A stretch of DNA of 29,276 nt from assembly GCA_964415955.1 (NCBI GenBank), contig CAYQCZ010000002.1:1-29276 (forward strand). Direction: 5' to 3'. The notes below the pieces were generated by a model. The model was not told the DNA's origin, did not search any database, and saw only the letters and a list, made by a program, of their open reading frames with translations. The DNA is from an uncultured Verrucomicrobiota bacterium. GTDB lineage: Bacteria > Verrucomicrobiota > Verrucomicrobiia > Limisphaerales > CAYQCZ01. Position numbers and translations under genes: made by a program. Shown here one piece after another: positions 23,834 to 29,276 of the stretch (its first letter is position 1; each line of letters begins with the position of its first letter).

Positions 23834-26185
23834 ATGAAAGCTTTTACAGTCCTTGCAGGCCTGCTGCTGGCTGCCTCGCTGACCGGCAGCAGCCGGGCCG
23901 GGGCCGCCACGCCCAGTTTCAGCCGGGTGGTCGGCGAGTTCTTTGACCGGAACTGCATTGACTGCCACGGCGGCAAGCAGACCAAGGCCGACCTCGATCT
24001 GAAGCTCTTCAAGCAGGACAAGAACATCATCAAGGAACAGCGCGCGTGGCGGAACATCCTCCAGCAGGTCAACTCGGGCGAAATGCCGCCCAGGAAACAT
24101 CCGGTCAAACCCACCGCCCAGGAAATCGAGGCGCTCAACACCGCCGTTGAACAGGCCATCGCCAAAGCCGAGGCCAAGCTGCCGCCCGATCCCGGCCATG
24201 TGACCGTGCGCCGCCTCAACCGCAAGGAATACAACAACACCATCCGCGACCTCGTGGGCGTGGACTTCAATCCTTCAGAGAACTTTCCCGCGGACGACAT
24301 CGGTCATGGGTTCGACAACATCGGGGACGTGCTCAGCATTTCGCCCGTCCATCTGGAGCGTTATCTCGATGCGGCGGACACCATTGCGGCGCGCGCCATC
24401 TTCACCAACCTGCCCGCGCCACCCACACGCACCACGCCGTCCATCTTCCTCGCGCCACGGTATGGCTCCGAGAATGGCCACCGTCCGATCACGAACTCCC
24501 CGCCCGAGCTGTTCCTTTACGATCCGCACGAAATCAAGGTGGCCGGTGAATATGTGTTCCGTGTGTCCGCCCAGTCCACCAACGCCCCGGACACCGAGCC
24601 TGCGCGCATGACGCTGCTTGTGAATGACGAAGCGCAGGCCACCATGGTCGTGACCAACATCAACGCCAGGGATTCGCGCCGCTCCGCCGAATATGAAATC
24701 AAGCTCCAGCTCCCTGAAGGCAGGGCGGCGTTGAAGGTGCGTTTTGACAATCCGCCGACCGAAAAGCAGGAACGCATGCTGTTCGTGCGGGAGATCAAAC
24801 TCATCGGCCCGGCGGACACACGCACGGAGTTCATGAAACGCGTCGCCGCCATCGAGCCCGGCAGGGAAACAAAGGACCGCGTGCGCCCCGTGTGTGAATG
24901 GTTCCTCACCCGCGCCTTCCGACGTCCCCCCACACGGGAGGAACTGGACCGCTACGAGCAGGTGTTTGTCACCGGCCAGCAGGCGGCGGGCGGCAGTTGG
25001 GATGCCGGACTGCGCCAACTGGTCAAGGTCGCCCTCTGTTCCCCAAAGTTCCTGTTCCGTGTGGAACTGGACGACCGCCCCAAGACTCGCGACAGCCACC
25101 CGCTGGATGAATTCCAGATTGCCTCGCGCCTCAGTTACTTCCTCTGGAGCACGATGCCGGACGATGAACTGCTCGACCTCGCCGCCAGAAAACGCCTTAC
25201 CCGCGAACTGGAGCCCCAGGTGCGCCGCATGCTGAAGGATCCCCGCGCGGAATCGCTGGTGCAGAACTTCGGCCTTCAATGGCTGCAGCTCGAACGCCTC
25301 CAGGCCTTCATGCCGGACAAATCCATGTTCCCTGACTTCGACGACCGCCTTCGCAAATCCATGCTCCGCGAAACCGAGTTGTTCCTCGGGGAGATCATCC
25401 GCGAAGACCGCAGCGTGCTGGACCTTGTGGATGCGGATTACACCTACCTGAACCGGACACTGGCGCGGCATTACGGGGTGAAAGTCCCCGAGTTTGAGGG
25501 CGGTGATCGGTCCGGATCGCGCCGTGGCCGGAGCAGCAGCGAATTCAGTGAATTCGTCCGTGTCACCTTGCCCGCCAAAGACCGGGGCGGCTTGCTGACA
25601 CAAGGAAGCGTGCTCACGGTGACCTCCAATCCCACCCGCACCTCACCCGTGAAACGCGGCAAATGGGTGCTGGAACAAATCCTCGGCACACCTCCGCCGC
25701 CCGCACCGCCCGGTGTGGCATCGCTGGAGTCCCAGAAGGAACTCACCGGCACGCTACGTCAGCGCATGGAGCAGCACCGGTCCGACCCGCGTTGCGCAAG
25801 CTGCCATTACCAGATGGACACGGTTGGATTTGCATTCGAGAACTTCGATGCGATTGGCCGCTTCCGCGCCAAGGATCTTGAAGGGCCGATTGATCCCGCC
25901 GGAGAACTGCCCGATGGCAGCAAGTTCCAAGGCCCTGCCGAGTTGAAGGAAATCCTCAAGGGCAAGAAGGAATTGGTGGCACGAAACGTCACTGAAAAGC
26001 TGCTCACCTACGCCCTCGGACGCGGCCTCGAATACTACGACGAACGGACCATTCGCAGGATCGTGGCCGACATGGGCAGGGCGGACTATAAATTCTCCAG
26101 CCTGGTGCTGGGCATCGTGAACAGCGATCCGTTCCGGCTGCGTCGCGGCACCCGGTTGATGGAGCAGGCCTCCGGGGCCGAATAA
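23834..26185 (+). CDS. exported cytochrome c-containing DUF1587/1595/1592/1588/1585 protein
   Basis: CIDCH and CASCH heme motifs; RRLNRKEYNNTIRDL, LASRLSYFLWS-like segment, TSPVKRGKWVL, GFAFENFDAIGRFR. Confidence 0.92.
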   Translation: MKAFTVLAGLLLAASLTGSSRAGAATPSFSRVVGEFFDRNCIDCHGGKQTKADLDLKLFKQDKNIIKEQRAWRNILQQVNSGEMPPRKHPVKPTAQEIEALNTAVEQAIAKAEAKLPPDPGHVTVRRLNRKEYNNTIRDLVGVDFNPSENFPADDIGHGFDNIGDVLSISPVHLERYLDAADTIAARAIFTNLPAPPTRTTPSIFLAPRYGSENGHRPITNSPPELFLYDPHEIKVAGEYVFRVSAQSTNAPDTEPARMTLLVNDEAQATMVVTNINARDSRRSAEYEIKLQLPEGRAALKVRFDNPPTEKQERMLFVREIKLIGPADTRTEFMKRVAAIEPGRETKDRVRPVCEWFLTRAFRRPPTREELDRYEQVFVTGQQAAGGSWDAGLRQLVKVALCSPKFLFRVELDDRPKTRDSHPLDEFQIASRLSYFLWSTMPDDELLDLAARKRLTRELEPQVRRMLKDPRAESLVQNFGLQWLQLERLQAFMPDKSMFPDFDDRLRKSMLRETELFLGEIIREDRSVLDLVDADYTYLNRTLARHYGVKVPEFEGGDRSGSRRGRSSSEFSEFVRVTLPAKDRGGLLTQGSVLTVTSNPTRTSPVKRGKWVLEQILGTPPPPAPPGVASLESQKELTGTLRQRMEQHRSDPRCASCHYQMDTVGFAFENFDAIGRFRAKDLEGPIDPAGELPDGSKFQGPAELKEILKGKKELVARNVTEKLLTYALGRGLEYYDERTIRRIVADMGRADYKFSSLVLGIVNSDPFRLRRGTRLMEQASGAE

Positions 26186-26256
26186 GCCGCAGCGCCTGTC
26201 TGAAACAAAGACTTTGCAACCAGTCCAGTTCGGCTAACGTCAAAAGAATCAAACCT

Positions 26257-27624
26257 ATGCGTCATCCGTTGAACATCTCCCGTCGCACCATGCTGCGCGG
26301 CCTTGGCGCCGGCATGGCCCTTCCATGGCTCGAGATCATGGGACCCATGACCAGCTGGGCTGCCGGCACCACCAAGGCACAGGCCGCCCCCAACCGCATG
26401 GCCTTCCTCTATGTCCCCAACGGCAAGAACATGGTGGACTGGAAGCCGAAATACGAAGGCGCCCTCAAGGAACTGCCGCTCATCCTCCAGCCCCTGGAGG
26501 CGCACAAGAAGGATTTCTCGATTCTGACCGGTCTGACCGCCGACAAGGCCCGTCCCAACGGCGACGGTGCCGGCGATCATGCCCGTGCACTGGGCGCGTT
26601 TCTCACCGGCTGCCAGCCGCGCAAGACCGATGGCACGGACATCCGCGCCGGTGTGTCCGTGGACCAGGTCGCTGCGTCACGGCTTGCCGACCAGACCCGC
26701 CTCGCATCACTGGAAGTGGGCACCGAGGCGGGCTCCATGGCCGGCAACTGCGATTCCGGCTACAGCTGCGTGTATTCCTCCACCATGTCCTGGCGCTCGG
26801 CCACCCAGCCGCTGCCCAAGGAAGTGAATCCCAAGCTCGTCTTCGAACGGCTCTTCGGCGCAGGTTCCGCCAGGGAACGGGCCGAACGCGACGCCCGGCG
26901 CAAGAGCATCCTCGACTTCGTGAAGGATGATTTCAGCGACATCAACAACCGCCTCGGCACCAGCGACCAGCGCAAGCTGGACGAATACTTCTCCGCCGTG
27001 CGGGATTTGGAGCTGCGCATGGAACGGGCCGCCCGGATGGAATCTCCCGAGCCGCCGCAGTCGTTTGCCACGCCCACGGGCATTCCGCAGAGCTACCAGG
27101 ACCACATCCGGCTGATGTTCGACCTCATGGTGCTGGGCTTCCAGACGGACACCACCCGTGTCATGACCTTCGTCCTCGCCAACGAGGGCAGCAACAAACC
27201 GTATCCGTTCATCGAGGTGAAGGAGGGGCACCACGACCTGTCCCACCACGGCAACAGCGAGGAAAAGAAGGCCAAGATCGCGAAGATCAATCACTTTCAC
27301 ACCACCCAGCTGGCCTACTTCCTCGACAAGCTGAAGTCCGTGAAGGAAGGGGACGGCACCCTGCTGGACCACTGCATGATCGCCTACGGCAGCGGCAACT
27401 CGGACGGCAACGCCCACAACCACGACGACCTGCCCATCCTGCTGGCCGGTCACGGCTGCGGAACGCTCGAGCAGGGCCGCCACGTCGTGTATCCGAACAA
27501 CACTCCGCTCAACAACCTCTGGCTGGGCATGCTCAACCGCATGGACATCGAGACGCACCAACTTGGCGACAGCACGGGCGAACTGCGCGGCCTGGGCGGC
27601 CCCGAAAAGCCCGTCGAGAGCTGA
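26257..27624 (+). CDS. DUF1552 family protein with Tat-like signal
   Basis: SRRTMLRG, RMAFLYVPNG, SVDQVAA, NPKLVFERLF, HHDLSHH, HNHDDLPILLAG. Confidence 0.92.
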   Translation: MRHPLNISRRTMLRGLGAGMALPWLEIMGPMTSWAAGTTKAQAAPNRMAFLYVPNGKNMVDWKPKYEGALKELPLILQPLEAHKKDFSILTGLTADKARPNGDGAGDHARALGAFLTGCQPRKTDGTDIRAGVSVDQVAASRLADQTRLASLEVGTEAGSMAGNCDSGYSCVYSSTMSWRSATQPLPKEVNPKLVFERLFGAGSARERAERDARRKSILDFVKDDFSDINNRLGTSDQRKLDEYFSAVRDLELRMERAARMESPEPPQSFATPTGIPQSYQDHIRLMFDLMVLGFQTDTTRVMTFVLANEGSNKPYPFIEVKEGHHDLSHHGNSEEKKAKIAKINHFHTTQLAYFLDKLKSVKEGDGTLLDHCMIAYGSGNSDGNAHNHDDLPILLAGHGCGTLEQGRHVVYPNNTPLNNLWLGMLNRMDIETHQLGDSTGELRGLGGPEKPVES

Positions 27625-27654
27625 GAGCCTCCAGTCTTCTCATCCCTCCCTTTG

Positions 27655-27692
27655 ACGGCGCATTTGCATCAGCAAATGCGCCGTTCCCTTTT
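27655..27692 (+). terminator. probable intrinsic terminator of the DUF1592-DUF1552 operon
   Basis: Perfect 13-bp stem ACGGCGCATTTGC-ATCA-GCAAATGCGCCGT followed by TCCCTTTT. Confidence 0.7.
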
Positions 27693-27752
27693 CACAGGTG
27701 CCTCATACCAACTGCCAATGAATCCGGTGGAGTTTCCGACCCGACGCAACCG

Positions 27753-27900
27753 CCTTCCTCTCCCTTGCGGAGCGAGAGGGAGTGAGGGGTTGGCCGCGTC
27801 ACGCATGGGTGTCCGCACCCCTCATCCGGCCTTCCGCCTCCGCCAATGCTACGGCGGACAAGTCGGCCACCTTCTCCCCTCGCTGCGCGAAGGGAGAAGG
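27753..27900. repeat. inverted doublet of CCCCTCA...CTCCC/GGGAG palindromic intergenic elements with a nested hairpin insert
   Basis: TGAGGGG (27783-89) faces CCCCTCA (27818-24); hairpins CCTCTC/GAGAGG, CCTTCTCCC/GGGAGAAGG and TCCGCC/GGCGGA. Confidence 0.65.
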
Positions 27901-28024
27901 CGCGCGCCTGAACCAGCGGCATTACCGGATTTCACCAGCAATTGATATCAGAGCCTGCCTCAAAAGCAGCATGGGCTGCGACAGATCCTGTCGCAGCCCA
28001 TGGCTCGCCGAAAAGGTGCTGAAC

Positions 28025-28450
28025 TTATTCCACCGGAGGGCGCTGACGGTCAGGGCCGGGGCGTCCACGGCCGGGGCCGCGTCCTTCGGCAGGTCCACGT
28101 CCTTCGCCGGCACCCTGCACGTCCACAGGGCCGCGTCCCTCGAAGCCTTCCGGACGGGGCGGCATCAGTTCATCACGGGTGATCTGGCCGTCACCGTTCT
28201 TGTCCAGGGCCTTCAGAGCGGCCGAGGCATTGGCGATTTCCGCAGCGTCGATCACGCCGTCATTGTTCTTGTCCAGCGCTGCGATCAACGGCATGGGCGG
28301 GCGCATGCCTTCGCCGCGGGGGCCGCCGGGGCCGCCGGGCCGGCCGCCGAAGGGGCCGCCTTCAGGACGTCCGCCAGGGGCGTCCTGAGCAACAGTGGTA
28401 AACGCGCTGATGGCCAGCGCCATGGCTGTGAGTGTGAGTGAGGTTTTCAT
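28025..28450 (-). CDS. exported EF-hand protein with Gly/Pro/Arg-rich flanks
   Basis: Signal peptide [21 protein letters not shown]; [14 protein letters not shown] and [14 protein letters not shown]. Confidence 0.88.
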   Translation of the reverse strand: MKTSLTLTAMALAISAFTTVAQDAPGGRPEGGPFGGRPGGPGGPRGEGMRPPMPLIAALDKNNDGVIDAAEIANASAALKALDKNGDGQITRDELMPPRPEGFEGRGPVDVQGAGEGRGPAEGRGPGRGRPGPDRQRPPVE

Positions 28451-28540
28451 GATGTTGACGGATGGGTGCGCAGCAACTGCAGTCCGGCCAGATGCGGTTG
28501 CCACGCGTTGGAGTTGTCTGTGTTTGGGTTGTGCCGGGGT

Positions 28541-28573
28541 CCGCTTCACCGGAAGGGTGAAACGGTGAAGCGG
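28541..28573 (-). other. 11-bp perfect stem-loop in the leader of the EF-hand gene
   Basis: CCGCTTCACCG-N11-CGGTGAAGCGG. Confidence 0.5.
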
Positions 28574-28648
28574 GCCGCACGTCACGGGCAGGAGCAGGCG
28601 CGCGCTTGCCGCCGCTGCTTCATGATGTGCTTCATACTTCATGACGCG

Positions 28649-28681
28649 ACGTTAGCGCACCCAACCTTAACCAGCGGTGAA
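28649..28681 (-). promoter_or_regulatory. OmpR-type box TTCAC-N6-TTAAG, then N11, then -10-like TAACGT (towards the EF-hand gene)
   Basis: Box 28681-28666; -10 at 28654-28649; mirror copy on the + strand. Confidence 0.6.
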
Positions 28682-28730
28682 GCCTCACGGATGTGCAGAA
28701 TTTTTTTCAGAAAAAAATCGCAGCGCATCC

Positions 28731-28763
28731 TTCATCGCAGCTTAAGGTTGGCGGTTGCAGATT
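28731..28763 (+). promoter_or_regulatory. OmpR-type box TTCAT-N6-TTAAG, then N11, then -10-like CAGATT (towards the response regulator)
   Basis: Box 28731-28746; 19 of 22 nt identical to the reverse complement of 28661-28682. Confidence 0.6.
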
Positions 28764-28828
28764 CCGCCTGCGCGCCTGTATGGAATGGACAATCCGCTCC
28801 GTCTGCGCCAAACCCTTGAAGCCACATC

Positions 28829-29276
28829 ATGCGAGTCCTGGTCATTGAAGACGAACCCGACCTGCTGCAGACCATCGCGCGTTCACTGCGCGAGGAGGAG
28901 TATGCGGTGGACACCGCCGCCGACGGCGAGGACGGCCTCTACAAGGCGGAAAGCTGGGACTACGACGCCATCGTGCTGGACGTGATGCTGCCCGGCCTCG
29001 ACGGCTGGGAGGTGCTCAAGCGGTTGCGCCAGTCCAGACAAACTCCCGTGCTGATGCTCACCGCGCGCGACGCCGGGCGCGACCGTGTGAAGGGACTGGA
29101 CACCGGCGCGGATGATTATCTGACGAAACCCTTTGACCTGGATGAACTGCTGGCACGCCTGCGCGCGTTGATCCGGCGCGGCGCGGGCAAGGCAAATTCC
29201 TCGATGGAAATCGGCCCGGTCAGCATCGACACCGCCGCGCGAAAAGTTTGTCTCAAGGGAGCCGAAGTCCAGCTCA
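28829..29276 (+). CDS. OmpR/PhoB family response regulator (partial, runs off the window; not in the ORF track)
   Basis: MRVLVIEDEPDL...YDAIVLDVMLPGLDG...PVLMLTARD...GADDYLTKPFDLDELLARLRALIRR. Confidence 0.95.
   Translation, partial: MRVLVIEDEPDLLQTIARSLREEEYAVDTAADGEDGLYKAESWDYDAIVLDVMLPGLDGWEVLKRLRQSRQTPVLMLTARDAGRDRVKGLDTGADDYLTKPFDLDELLARLRALIRRGAGKANSSMEIGPVSIDTAARKVCLKGAEVQL

Noticed and set aside
1-29276. rRNA, tRNA, riboswitch, prophage or integrase
   Set aside because: No recognisable cloverleaf, rRNA signature, riboswitch core, or phage/recombinase motif by eye; a covariance-model scan was not possible.

Overview
High-GC bacterial window. The gene content (long GreA, DUF1592/DUF1552 pair, DUF1080, ceramidase-like and Tat-exported proteins) suggests a PVC-group organism, probably Verrucomicrobiota; this is inference only. 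Housekeeping genes (rsmB, greA, ald, an OmpR-family regulator cut by the window end) are mixed with accessory patches. Main observations: (1) an SPL-like radical SAM gene split by one in-frame TAG; (2) a DUF6883-DUF4926 toxin-antitoxin-like pair bracketed by ~80-90 bp imperfect direct repeats; (3) a three-gene operon of exported beta-propeller proteins carrying CCNP/CC/CxC cysteine motifs, one fused to a PhnD-like binding domain; (4) an orphan vsr with an in-frame palindromic heptamer-repeat insertion; (5) a REP/RAYT locus with five GTAG-REPs showing compensatory stem changes and a transposase interrupted by TGA; (6) mirror-image OmpR-type boxes between an EF-hand gene and its neighbouring response regulator. 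No rRNA, tRNA or CRISPR array was seen. All family calls come from motif recognition, not database searches.
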